Positions 8,992 to 18,213 of a DNA stretch of 39,545 nt are shown here, piece after piece (the stretch's first letter is position 1; every line of letters begins with the position of its first letter). Below the pieces are notes generated by a model that saw nothing but the letters and a program-made list of their open reading frames with translations, was not told the origin of the DNA and did no database searches. Made by a program: the position numbers and the translations under genes. This DNA is from a virus. Taxonomy: Duplodnaviria; Heunggongvirae; Uroviricota; Caudoviricetes. The stretch lies in IMG/VR virus record IMGVR_UViG_2913152634_000006; one strand, given 5' to 3'.

Positions 8992-10689
8992 ATGATTAAA
9001 GAAATTAGTTTTAAAAAATTTAAGAAACTGATAGATATTGACTTCTCATTCAATGAAGACATCAATATAATATCAGGAACCAATGGGACATGTAAGACAA
9101 CATTGCTTCATTTAATTAGCAATGGTTTCCAAATGCCACCATCTCGATCACAAAATTATTCAAATAGTAATTGTGTTAGAGTTATAAAATCTATAAACAA
9201 AATAGCCAACCCCAAAATGGAAGCAATTGTTAGGGAATCAAAAAATTACACCGATCCGGCAGAGGGAACAAAAGGTGTGTTATTTTCTATTAACTATTTG
9301 GATCATAGCACACTAGACTTCAGAAAGCACAACTCAAAAAATCCAGACGAAGCGCAACGGTATGCTATCAAACCAGTATACCCACGCGGAAAAGAAAAAC
9401 AATCACTTCCAGCTAAACCAGTTTTATATCTTGGATTATCGCGACTATTCCCAATTGGTGAAACTAAAGACGACGCCCTTACAAAAATTCCGTTAAACCT
9501 ACCAGAAGAGTATGTTGGTTATATATCGAAAATATATAATGAACTTTTGGGCATTAATATTATAAATATAGAATCAAACAATATCGGAGATTTTAAAGCT
9601 GGCCCATTATTTGATACCGATAACCCAGCAATTGATTCTAATACCATATCATCCGGGGAAGACAATATATTCATTATAATCAAGGCATTAGTTAGCCTTA
9701 GGTATTATTTTGAATCACTTATTCAATCCACTGATCAAAAAGAAAGCATTCTGTTAATAGATGAATTTGATGCCACTTTACATCCTTCTTTACAGATAAG
9801 ATTATTAGATAAAATTTATCAATACGCAAAAGATTATAAGATTCAAGTATTTTTCACAACGCACAGTCTGACATTGCTAGAGTATGCTTTTCATAAAAAA
9901 TACCATGTTGTCTATCTAATTAACAATATTACAAAGGCTCTGCTTTTGGATAATCCTGATATATTAAAAATAACAATGTATCTGAAAACACAAACAAAGG
10001 ATGAGATATACACAAGGAACAAGATACCAGTTTTCACGGAAGATGAAGAAGCTCGCTTTTTATTTAATGAAATACTTGGTTATTGGATAAGCAAATATCC
10101 AAATTTTGCTATAGTTAGTAATTCATTTCACTTAATTGATTGTTTCATTGGCGCAGACAATTTAAAAACTATTTTTAATGATTCTCATCTTAAGGAAACC
10201 TCGTTAAAATCAATTTGTATTCTTGATGGAGATCACAGCCCTGAGGATCAGAGAGGAATTATATCACTGCCGGGTGAAAAAGCTCCAGAACAATTGATAT
10301 TTGAGCATTGTGAGCACCTTTATAATACCGACGACTCTTCCTTCTGGGAAAATCAGGATATAATTAACAATGGTTTTTCGAAAGAGTTATACTTACTCAA
10401 GATACGTCCTCAATTACAATCAATTGAAACTGAAATTCAGAAAAGAAAAGACAACCATGAGTCTACATCCGGTTTAAGAAGAAGATTAAATAAGAAAATA
10501 TTCAATCAGCATATTGAATTCTTTAGAATGATTACAAGAAACTGGTTAGACAAACCAGAAAATCAGAAATCTCTCCAGTATTTTTACAATGGATTACGAT
10601 CCTTATTCTACCGGGTTACACCAACAAACGGCATTGACAGAAAAATTTGGGATTTTGACTATAACAAAATCATTAAAGAGGATAAATAA
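8992..10689 (+). CDS. ABC/AAA-type ATPase with probable C-terminal TOPRIM-like region (OLD-family-like nuclease candidate)
   Basis: 565 aa; N-terminal P-loop ISGTNGTCKTTLLHLI, Walker B/D-loop ILLIDEFDATLHP, H-loop VFFTTHSL; C-terminal acidic motifs VFTEDEE and ILDGDHS spaced about 55 aa apart, resembling TOPRIM Glu and DxD; begins 18 nt after the methyltransferase stop with SD AAGGATGA; occupies the locus where P2 carries old/tin. Confidence 0.8.
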   Translation: MIKEISFKKFKKLIDIDFSFNEDINIISGTNGTCKTTLLHLISNGFQMPPSRSQNYSNSNCVRVIKSINKIANPKMEAIVRESKNYTDPAEGTKGVLFSINYLDHSTLDFRKHNSKNPDEAQRYAIKPVYPRGKEKQSLPAKPVLYLGLSRLFPIGETKDDALTKIPLNLPEEYVGYISKIYNELLGINIINIESNNIGDFKAGPLFDTDNPAIDSNTISSGEDNIFIIIKALVSLRYYFESLIQSTDQKESILLIDEFDATLHPSLQIRLLDKIYQYAKDYKIQVFFTTHSLTLLEYAFHKKYHVVYLINNITKALLLDNPDILKITMYLKTQTKDEIYTRNKIPVFTEDEEARFLFNEILGYWISKYPNFAIVSNSFHLIDCFIGADNLKTIFNDSHLKETSLKSICILDGDHSPEDQRGIISLPGEKAPEQLIFEHCEHLYNTDDSSFWENQDIINNGFSKELYLLKIRPQLQSIETEIQKRKDNHESTSGLRRRLNKKIFNQHIEFFRMITRNWLDKPENQKSLQYFYNGLRSLFYRVTPTNGIDRKIWDFDYNKIIKEDK

Positions 10690-10767
10690 TGTATTCTAAT
10701 AGGATATAAACATCAAAGCTATATTTTTTACACATATCAAGAGTAAAAAATAATTTAACTTTTACAT

Positions 10768-10803
10768 AACGACCTCTTTTACAAATAAGTAGAAAAGGTC
10801 GTT
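10768..10803 (+). terminator. Strong hairpin (15-bp imperfect inverted repeat, 6-nt loop) ending the methyltransferase-ATPase operon
   Basis: aacgacctcttttac / gtagaaaaggtcgtt read directly, 80 nt downstream of the ATPase stop; no canonical long U-tract. Confidence 0.45.
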
Positions 10804-10928
10804 ATAACTCTCATCTCCATAGCATGTAATTTTCTTTGCATATTTTCACATAACAGTCAGGGATGTATTTATAAGCAACGTCGTATACATAGGCTCAATT
10901 TTTCTATAAATAAGCACTCCGTTCGGTT

Positions 10929-10955
10929 TGCACAATAGTGCACAAATTTGCACAA
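10929..10955. repeat. Three direct TGCACAA repeats at exact 10-bp phasing, followed by a T7 run
   Basis: tgcacaa at 10929, 10939, 10949; lies in the A-to-Q interval where P2-like phages carry cos; candidate protein-binding array. Confidence 0.5.
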
Positions 10956-11379
10956 TTTTTTTGAACGACTTTTTGCCCTTCCGGCCCGCATGGCGGCTGG
11001 ATCCGTCAAGGATCCGTGCGTGCACAAAAAAACGCGCTTTTTCTGCGCGCAGGTGACGGGGGAACAGCCCGCGTTTCAGGGGGTAAATAGCATTCCCTGA
11101 GCGATGTCGCAGCGACACAACAGAATGGCCATATTTCTCACGCTGAGCGTGAAAAAGATGTGAGGGCTTTTGATTTGATGGGGGGAAAGGTAAGGCCGTC
11201 AAAATCGCACTGAGGCGGCGAGAACATACAGTCAACGCGGTAGGATTGCGTAAGAGTCTGACCGTCGATGGTGGCGATAAACTGGAAGGCGTCGTGAAAT
11301 TATCTGATTGATACAGGAGCTGGAGAGTCGGGGCATAAATTTTTTATGCCCCGGCGAAGCAGCAGACAAGCGAAGCGCG

Positions 11380-12429
11380 TCAGGATGTGGGCTGGGTATC
11401 TAACAGTGCGTAAGGGTTAAAGCGGATCACCTCTTCGCCAAGCCAGTCATTGATGTGCTTCATGGCCTCCATGACGGGCATCAGCTCGTTAATTGCGTAA
11501 ACCCGCGCGGCCTTCTCCACATCACCAAACGCACTTTTTTCACCCGGCATCGCCCCCATCAGTTGCGGCGGAACGCGGTGCGCAGCCAGCACATCATCAC
11601 GGGATGCCGCCTTAACATTCATGAACTCATCCTTTGCTGTGATCTGCTGGAACGGCAAAATTTGCACACCTTCTTTGCCACCGTTGGGCGCATGAATGAG
11701 CACGTTTTTAAATGCACCACCACCACGCGCACCCTGTAACGTTTCTTTCAGGGAGTCCATGCTTTCGCGGTTTACCTGCGCTGCACCGATGTAGATGATG
11801 CACCCGGCGTGGGATCCGTTGTCGTAATACAGTTTTCTGAACATGTCCGCCGAATGAGACAGGCTGGCCGAGAGTAATGCGCCGAGATATTCCGGCATGC
11901 CGTAGATTTCCTGGTTAATATCCGGATTCATCAGGTGGCACACTTTGCCAGGGCGAAACTGAAACGCGTCCTTGCCATCCTGCACATACCACCATGATTC
12001 AAGATCGCTTCCGCGTCGCATGTATTTCGCCAGGGCGTGCCGTAATTTAAGCGGTTCGCCGAGCATATTGCTCCGAAGCTCAAGGAATGCGTTACCGAAC
12101 ACAAACCAGTCCAGCGCCAGCGCCGAGAAATCCTGCCGGGAAAGCAGCGGGTGCGGAATATAGCAACCGAGCAATACATTGCGCTTAAAGTAAAGCGCAG
12201 ACTGATGCCAGGACGTTTGCCGGGCAGCTCTTGCCAGACCGTACCAGTCCACCGGGGTTTCATACCACCGCCCGTTATCAGCACAGTACATATTGTCCAG
12301 CAGGTCATGCCCGGTCAGGCGATAAGGACCATCAAATGTGAATGCACTGAGCGATGATTCTTTCCTGAGCGCATCAGCGAGATCAATGCGTGAACTCATG
12401 CGCACTTTTTTATTTTTTCTGCTCATCAA
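11380..12429 (-). CDS. Q: Portal (capsid portal protein, gpQ)
   Basis: 349 aa; size and position (divergent from the O-N-M-L capsid block, immediately downstream of the large terminase with a 4-nt overlap) match P2 Q. Confidence 0.85.
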   Translation of the reverse strand: MMSRKNKKVRMSSRIDLADALRKESSLSAFTFDGPYRLTGHDLLDNMYCADNGRWYETPVDWYGLARAARQTSWHQSALYFKRNVLLGCYIPHPLLSRQDFSALALDWFVFGNAFLELRSNMLGEPLKLRHALAKYMRRGSDLESWWYVQDGKDAFQFRPGKVCHLMNPDINQEIYGMPEYLGALLSASLSHSADMFRKLYYDNGSHAGCIIYIGAAQVNRESMDSLKETLQGARGGGAFKNVLIHAPNGGKEGVQILPFQQITAKDEFMNVKAASRDDVLAAHRVPPQLMGAMPGEKSAFGDVEKAARVYAINELMPVMEAMKHINDWLGEEVIRFNPYALLDTQPTS

Positions 12430-14177
12430 AACTCCATAACCGTGAAACGCTCGTTTTCTCCTTCGCCGCCAATCGGTTCGTTAATGACAGCAAGCATGGT
12501 TGCCCACGCAAGGTCGCCGTGGCTGATCCCCCTCGCGCGGTCCGTTTCGTAAGTGATAAAGCCGCCCGGTGTTTTCACCTTACGCACGGCGTTAAAGGCC
12601 GCGACCAGCTCGCGTTCGGCGCGATCGTATTCCCACCGCCCGGCACGCATTATTTGCAGCATTTTCAGTACCAGCGACCGTTTTGATGACAGCGTGAAGG
12701 TGTACGGAATAGCAGCAGGGAAAAACCGTTTCACTATCTGATAAACAGCCTCCCCGTTCCCGCCTGTCACATCAATGCCGATGTGTTCCACGTTGTAGCG
12801 ATACGTGAACTCTTCAATGACTCTGGCCTGTTCTTCAAACTCCAGCCCCTGAACGCGTCGCGTCTCCACCGTTCGAAAACGGCCTCCAGGAACAGCCGGA
12901 GGAACCACCACGGACACAGCGCCGCTGTCGCCGTTGCCACTGCTGCCGTTTGCGTCATACCCAATCCATACCGGACGATTCCCCATCGGGCGGGGAGCAA
13001 AAGGTTTCCAGTCTTTCCAGTCGTCGTATCCGTCAACACCGCAGCCAATCAGGATATTCAGGTTAAATGCCGATACCCCTTCGCGGACAAACTCACACAT
13101 ATAGAGATTGAGGAACTCGTCTTCGGTGTTTTCATCACGAATTTCATCAATATCGGTGTGTTTCCAGCCGTGATTAACCACATCTTCCAGCGTGACAATC
13201 TGCCGCCACGTCCGGTCAGGGCAGATAAGCCCGTTATGCAGCGTTTTCCAGTCCACAGGAAAACGCTGGCGTTTATGCGTGGCCTTTTTCTCGTTCCAGC
13301 GGTCGCCGTTCCAGTAGGCGTATGCCTCGTGCGTTTCGGTGGATGGCGTGGAGAAGTAGGTGCGCCGCAGTCCGCTGAGGGTTGCCATAGCGCCAGCCAC
13401 CTTGCGCAGTTCAGCAAAGCGACTGACCCAGAAAAATTCATCAAAATAAAAATTGCCCGTATAGGACTGTGCCGATGCAGCAGAAGTGCCGAGAAAATGC
13501 AGCTCTGCGCCGTTGGAGAGGATGATTTTATCGCCCCCTTTCAGCTCCACATCAACTTCAGCCGCAGCCTTCTGAATAATGCTTTTAAACTGGAACGCCT
13601 GACGACGCGACGCAGACAAAAAAATCTGGTTACGCTGGTAAGGTTGCGCCACATCGTCACGCAGCGCCATCAGCAGAGCTTCCTGTGCAAAATACCAGGT
13701 CGCCCCAATCTGTCGGGATTTCAGGATCATCCTGTTACGTATCCCGGCTTCCCTGCAAAGGGTCAGGGAGTCAAACCAGCCCCGCTGATGCCACTCCAGC
13801 CTGCTGATGATTTTTTCCCGCAGTGCGGCAATCTGTTCCGGCGTGAAATGATTTTTAAGTTTTTTCGCCCGGCCTTTCTTTCCTGTGGCCGCCGCATCCG
13901 GCTGGCCATCATGCAGTTTTTTAAGCTGCCGGGTCAGCAGGTCTATTTCCTTGAAGTCACCACCTGTTTTATTCTGTTTTTCAGTGAGCTGGATGAGGCG
14001 CGCATCGATGGACTGCGTGACACGCTGCACGGGTGGCGTTTCATCCCACTGGTCGCGTTTTTTCCACGCATAAATCGTGTTCGGGTTTATTCCCATCAGA
14101 CGTGATATTTCTGCGGGCGGATAACCCTGCCAGTAAAGTTGACGCGCACGCTGGCGCACAAAAGCGTCCTGAATCAT
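12426..14177 (-). CDS. P: Terminase large subunit (ATPase, gpP)
   Basis: 583 aa; N-terminal HTH-like segment and ATPase region; P-Q same-strand pair divergent from the O gene as in P2. Confidence 0.9.
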   Translation of the reverse strand: MIQDAFVRQRARQLYWQGYPPAEISRLMGINPNTIYAWKKRDQWDETPPVQRVTQSIDARLIQLTEKQNKTGGDFKEIDLLTRQLKKLHDGQPDAAATGKKGRAKKLKNHFTPEQIAALREKIISRLEWHQRGWFDSLTLCREAGIRNRMILKSRQIGATWYFAQEALLMALRDDVAQPYQRNQIFLSASRRQAFQFKSIIQKAAAEVDVELKGGDKIILSNGAELHFLGTSAASAQSYTGNFYFDEFFWVSRFAELRKVAGAMATLSGLRRTYFSTPSTETHEAYAYWNGDRWNEKKATHKRQRFPVDWKTLHNGLICPDRTWRQIVTLEDVVNHGWKHTDIDEIRDENTEDEFLNLYMCEFVREGVSAFNLNILIGCGVDGYDDWKDWKPFAPRPMGNRPVWIGYDANGSSGNGDSGAVSVVVPPAVPGGRFRTVETRRVQGLEFEEQARVIEEFTYRYNVEHIGIDVTGGNGEAVYQIVKRFFPAAIPYTFTLSSKRSLVLKMLQIMRAGRWEYDRAERELVAAFNAVRKVKTPGGFITYETDRARGISHGDLAWATMLAVINEPIGGEGENERFTVMEF

Positions 14178-14331
14178 TGCTCCCCCTGAGTAATTACAGG
14201 AAGATTACCCGCGCGCGAAACTGTTCTCCTTAACCCCCTGTTCTGGCCGTTTTCTTACAACAAAAGCCCTTTGTATCAGCCTGTTACGCTTTGCCATCAT
14301 GACTGAAGAACCAGTCAGAGGGGCAAAAACT

Positions 14332-15168
14332 ATGGCTAATGAAAAAAAGACATCCCGCAAAAAGTTTCGCGTGGCTGTCTCCGGTGTAACGGCAGACGGG
14401 CGCGAAATCAACGGCGACATGCTGAAAGCTGCCGCCACCAGTTATAACCCGTCCGTTTATGGTGCACGTGTGAATATTGAGCACATCCTGTCACCACTCC
14501 CCGGTAGCGAGTTTTCCGCTATGGGCGATGTTGTGGGGTTGAGCACCGAAGACATAACCGATGGCCCGCTGGCAGGTCGCACGGCACTGTATGCCGAAAT
14601 TGAGCCGACCGCTCGCATGATGTCCCTGCTTAACGATGGTAAAAAAATTTACTCCAGTATTGAGCTGGAACCACAGTCAACCATCACGGGAGGTCCTTAC
14701 CTGCGCGGGCTGGCAATGACCGACACCCCTGCCAGCCTGGGCACGGAACGTCTGGCCTTTGCGGCACAACAACGTATGCAACTGATGACATTCAACTGTC
14801 AGCAGGGAGACGTGGCGATGTTTACCGCCGCTATGGAGTCAGAACTTATCGAACTCACCGAACAACGTCAGGAAGAAGGCACCCAGTGGTTTAACCGCGT
14901 TATGGGGATTATTGGCCGTGGCCGCAAAGCGGATGACGCCAGTTTCTCCCGTATTCAGGAAGCGGTGGAAGGTGTCGCAACGTCACAGGCCGACATTATC
15001 GACCGTTTTAATGTGCTGGAAACCCGCCATCAGCAGGACAGCCAGAAAATCACTTTACTGACCACAGAGCTGGCAGCACTGAAGGAAAAACTGCGCACGC
15101 AGGACGGCGATCCGCAGAACCGGTTCACCGCAACGGGCGCAGCCTCCGACCAGCTGGCTGACTTCTGA
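14332..15168 (+). CDS. O: Capsid scaffolding protein (gpO)
   Basis: Start chosen at ATG 14332 (SD-like AGAGGGG upstream; MANEKKTSRKKFRVAVSGVTADGREING...VYGARVNIEH resembles recalled P2 O N-terminus); ORF-track start 14299 lacks an SD. Confidence 0.8.
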   Translation: MANEKKTSRKKFRVAVSGVTADGREINGDMLKAAATSYNPSVYGARVNIEHILSPLPGSEFSAMGDVVGLSTEDITDGPLAGRTALYAEIEPTARMMSLLNDGKKIYSSIELEPQSTITGGPYLRGLAMTDTPASLGTERLAFAAQQRMQLMTFNCQQGDVAMFTAAMESELIELTEQRQEEGTQWFNRVMGIIGRGRKADDASFSRIQEAVEGVATSQADIIDRFNVLETRHQQDSQKITLLTTELAALKEKLRTQDGDPQNRFTATGAASDQLADF

Positions 15169-15191
15169 TAAGACAAAGGAGCAAATTTTTT

Positions 15192-16244
15192 ATGAATCTG
15201 GTGATGTCAGATATTACCCGCAACAAGCTGGGTTGCTATATGGCGCAGCAGGCGTCGCTTAACAATATCCCGGTTTCTGCGCTGGTATCGCGATTTACCG
15301 TAGAACCCTCGGTGCAGCAGCGTTTTGAAAACGCCTCAAAGGAAAGCACCGAATTTACAAAAAGAATTAACGTGATCGGCGTGACCGACCAGAAAGGCGA
15401 AAAAATCCTCCTGGACACCACCGGGCCAATTGCACGCACGAATACCAGTTATGACGGCACAAAACGCCGTAACCCGAATAACGTGGTTGATCTGAAAAAC
15501 CGCAAATACCAGTGCGAACAGGTGAACTACGACACGTTTATTTCATATCCGCAGCTTGATGCCTGGGCGGCACATCCTGATTTTCAGTCCCGCATCAGCG
15601 CACAGATTGCCCGACAGGTGGCGCTTGACCGCATCATGATCGGTTTCAACGGCACGTCTCACGCGGATGAGTCCAACTTCAGCACCAACAAGCTGCTTCA
15701 GGACGTTAACGTGGGCTGGCTGGAGCACATCAGAACCGACGCCAGCGAGCGCGTTATGAATGACGTGACGCTGACCTCCCGCAACATGGACAACACCGTG
15801 GCGCACGCGGGTAAGTATGCGAACGCTGATGCACTGGTACAGGACGCACGCTCATCCCTGCTGGATGAATGGCACAAGGAAGCTGACGACCTCGTGGTGA
15901 TTATGGGGCGCAACCTGTTTAACTCGCTGCGTCTGCCCGTGCTGAACAGCATCAGCGGCCAGAATCCCAATGCGGAATTACTTGCCGGGCAGCTCATCCT
16001 GTCATCGCGCACCATTGGCGGGCTGGGCGTGTTCCTTGCGCCGTTCTTCCCGGATGCAACGATGCTGATCACCTCGTTCAACAACCTGTCGATTTACTGG
16101 CAGAAAGGTTCAATGCGTCGCCTGATGAAAGACGAGCCGGAATACAACCGCATCGCCACCTACCAGTCCATCAATGACGCTTATGTCGTTGAAGACTATG
16201 GCAAGTGCGCGATGGTCACTGGTCTGAAGTTCGCCGACAGCTAA
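15192..16244 (+). CDS. N: Major capsid protein (gpN)
   Basis: 350 aa; FTVEPSVQQRF...RINVIGVTDQKGEKI resembles recalled P2 N (FTVEPSVTQTL...RINIVPVSEMKGEKI); position after the scaffold gene. Confidence 0.9.
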   Translation: MNLVMSDITRNKLGCYMAQQASLNNIPVSALVSRFTVEPSVQQRFENASKESTEFTKRINVIGVTDQKGEKILLDTTGPIARTNTSYDGTKRRNPNNVVDLKNRKYQCEQVNYDTFISYPQLDAWAAHPDFQSRISAQIARQVALDRIMIGFNGTSHADESNFSTNKLLQDVNVGWLEHIRTDASERVMNDVTLTSRNMDNTVAHAGKYANADALVQDARSSLLDEWHKEADDLVVIMGRNLFNSLRLPVLNSISGQNPNAELLAGQLILSSRTIGGLGVFLAPFFPDATMLITSFNNLSIYWQKGSMRRLMKDEPEYNRIATYQSINDAYVVEDYGKCAMVTGLKFADS

Positions 16245-16289
16245 TCAACTCACGGCGGGCATCATGCCCGCCAGTAACGGAGAGAACAA

Positions 16290-17090
16290 ATGATTACTCC
16301 TGCACAGCAACACTGGCAGAACGTGATGGCACAGCGCGCAGGCCGGGCGAATGAAGGCGTGGACCACGCCGCGCGTACCGCGCATGAAGAGGTGCTGTAT
16401 CGTCTGCGTCTGGCACAAGCCCGGCTTAAGGGCGTACAGGCCAGAAGCGCGAAAGCCGCCATCAAAAAAGAGTTGTTGCCGGACTTTTCCGGCTGGATTG
16501 AGGGAACGCTGGAGGCTGACGGCGGGCAGCAGGATGAAGTGATTGCCACGCTGATGGTGTGGGCGATTGACTGCGGCGATCTTCCGCTGGCGCTGCGTAT
16601 TGGTGCGTATGTGGTCCGTCACAACCTCATCATGCCGGATAACTTTGGCCGTACTGCTGCCACGGTACTGACCGAAGAAATCTGCAACCCGGTACTGACG
16701 CAGGCCGGGGCGGATGCCGACGCGGATTTGTCCGCCTTTATCGAACCACTGGACACCCTCCGGAAGATTGTCACCGACCAGGACATGCCGGACGAAGTAC
16801 GCGCCAAATTATGCAAGGCGTGCGCCTTTGCCCGTCGTGGTCTGAGCGATGCAGACAACATGGCCTTATCACTGAAGCTGCTGCGCGAAGCGATGCACCT
16901 GAACCCGAACGCAGGTGTGAAACGCGAGATTGCAACCCTTTCCCGCGCCCTGAAAAAAGCCGATTCCGCAGCCGAACCAGAAGACGCCAGCGCACAGCAG
17001 GCGCAGGACGAAAGCAGCAAAAGTAAAAAGACAACGCGGAAGCCTGCAACACGAAAAACCACCGCGACGCAGAAGGCGAAGCGCGGTTAA
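16290..17090 (+). CDS. M: Terminase small (endonuclease) subunit (gpM)
   Basis: 266 aa; KKELLP, MPDEVRAKL and a basic K/R-rich C-terminal tail as in P2 M. Confidence 0.85.
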   Translation: MITPAQQHWQNVMAQRAGRANEGVDHAARTAHEEVLYRLRLAQARLKGVQARSAKAAIKKELLPDFSGWIEGTLEADGGQQDEVIATLMVWAIDCGDLPLALRIGAYVVRHNLIMPDNFGRTAATVLTEEICNPVLTQAGADADADLSAFIEPLDTLRKIVTDQDMPDEVRAKLCKACAFARRGLSDADNMALSLKLLREAMHLNPNAGVKREIATLSRALKKADSAAEPEDASAQQAQDESSKSKKTTRKPATRKTTATQKAKRG

Positions 17091-17192
17091 CGACTGACCC
17101 CGTCAGCGGGCGGCGTGTGCGGTGTTCCGGTTTGACTCCGTGACCGTTTACACCGCGCACCCACCGCCCGATTTTTTTCAGGAGTGAACCCC

Positions 17193-17687
17193 ATGAGTAT
17201 GGTTGCCAGAACTGAACCCAGACCCGCAGAGGACGACATCACCGATACCGATGATGGCGATACCCGCATTTCAGCGGGTGCATTCTGGCCGGATATTGTG
17301 CTGCGCGAGCTGCGTCTGGCGGTACGACTGCCGGGCCGCGTAACCACCTCCCGCCTGCTGCATACTGCCACCGGGGCTGTGGCACACGTTACCCGCGAGC
17401 TGGAAGCATGGCAGCAGGAACAGCAGGCAGCTGGCCATCAGACGCTGGCCGATGTTCCGGCACCCGTAATTAACGGAGAAAGCGTCAATCTCTGGCACTG
17501 GCGCAATGCTGTTTATACCGCCACACGCGCCCTGATTCTGGAGCGTTACCGCGATGCGGACACAACGGACAAGGGCGACCGCCGGGCGGACGCACTGGAT
17601 ATACAGACATCGGATTTGTGGCGCGATGTGAGCTGGGCCATCTCTGACATTCTGTGCCGCCCGCGAATCTTTGCGGAGTTGTGCTGA
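17193..17687 (+). CDS. L: Head completion/stabilisation protein (gpL)
   Basis: ATG 17193 sits 8 nt after AGGAG (GTG 17184 is the alternative); size and position as P2 L. Confidence 0.8.
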   Translation: MSMVARTEPRPAEDDITDTDDGDTRISAGAFWPDIVLRELRLAVRLPGRVTTSRLLHTATGAVAHVTRELEAWQQEQQAAGHQTLADVPAPVINGESVNLWHWRNAVYTATRALILERYRDADTTDKGDRRADALDIQTSDLWRDVSWAISDILCRPRIFAELC

Positions 17688-17887
17688 TGAAAGTGAAGGC
17701 ACTGGAAGGCGACACCGTGGATTCGCTCTGTTTCCGGTACTACGGCACGACGCAGGGCGTCACCGAAAAGGTGCTGGATGCCAACCCCGGACTCTGTCAG
17801 CAGGTATTTCTGGACGCCGGGCAGGAAGTGGAGATGCCGGAGCCGGAGAAGAAGAAACGAGAAATGATTCAGTTGTGGGGGGAGTAG
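17687..17887 (+). CDS. X: Tail protein X (LysM-like)
   Basis: 66 aa from ATG 17687, overlapping the L stop (TGATG); MKVKALEGDTVDSLCFRYYG is LysM-like as in P2 X. Confidence 0.7.
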   Translation: MKVKALEGDTVDSLCFRYYGTTQGVTEKVLDANPGLCQQVFLDAGQEVEMPEPEKKKREMIQLWGE

Positions 17888-17889
17888 CA

Positions 17890-18213
17890 GTGAGCACCAT
17901 TCAAACAGGGATCACAGAGCAGGTTATTGCGTGGCTCTTTGACCACCTGCCAACGGTGTATGCAGTAGGCGCGGCGGTCAGCATTTCCGCGCTGATGAGT
18001 CTTTATGACGGACGAACACTGGTTCAGACCGTAACGGGATCGCTGGCGTGCGGCGTTCTTGCCATGGCCGTGGCCGGGTCGTTGCGCTTCTTCGGTTTTC
18101 CTGAAGATGCCGTGACGTTTATCGGCGCATCAATCGGTTTTATGGGCGCAGAGAAAGCACGCGACAAGGTTATTGCAGCCTTTAATCGCAGGGTGAAGGA
18201 GAAGGACGAATGA
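17890..18213 (+). CDS. Y: Holin (gpY-like)
   Basis: GTG 17890 after GGGGGGAG; 107 aa with hydrophobic helices and a charged C-terminus; precedes the endolysin with ATGA overlap. Confidence 0.6.
   Translation: MSTIQTGITEQVIAWLFDHLPTVYAVGAAVSISALMSLYDGRTLVQTVTGSLACGVLAMAVAGSLRFFGFPEDAVTFIGASIGFMGAEKARDKVIAAFNRRVKEKDE

Noticed and set aside
10846-11235. 129-aa ORF on the minus strand in the A-Q intergenic interval
   Set aside because: No SD, odd composition, and it sits where the cos region is expected; treated as non-coding.
11160-11240. Match to the P2 19-nt cos sequence
   Set aside because: Only partial resemblance (a GGGGAAAG-like stretch); cos is not annotated as a discrete feature.
12783-14105. 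440-aa ORF on the plus strand
   Set aside because: Lies entirely antisense within the terminase large-subunit gene; the terminase frame has the recognisable protein.
14178-14331. Ogr-type late promoter dyads (TGT-N12-ACA) in the divergent P/O promoter region and in the FI-D intergenic region (33074-33230)
   Set aside because: Only TGT...ACA pairs with non-canonical spacing (for example N15) were seen; cannot call late promoters by eye.
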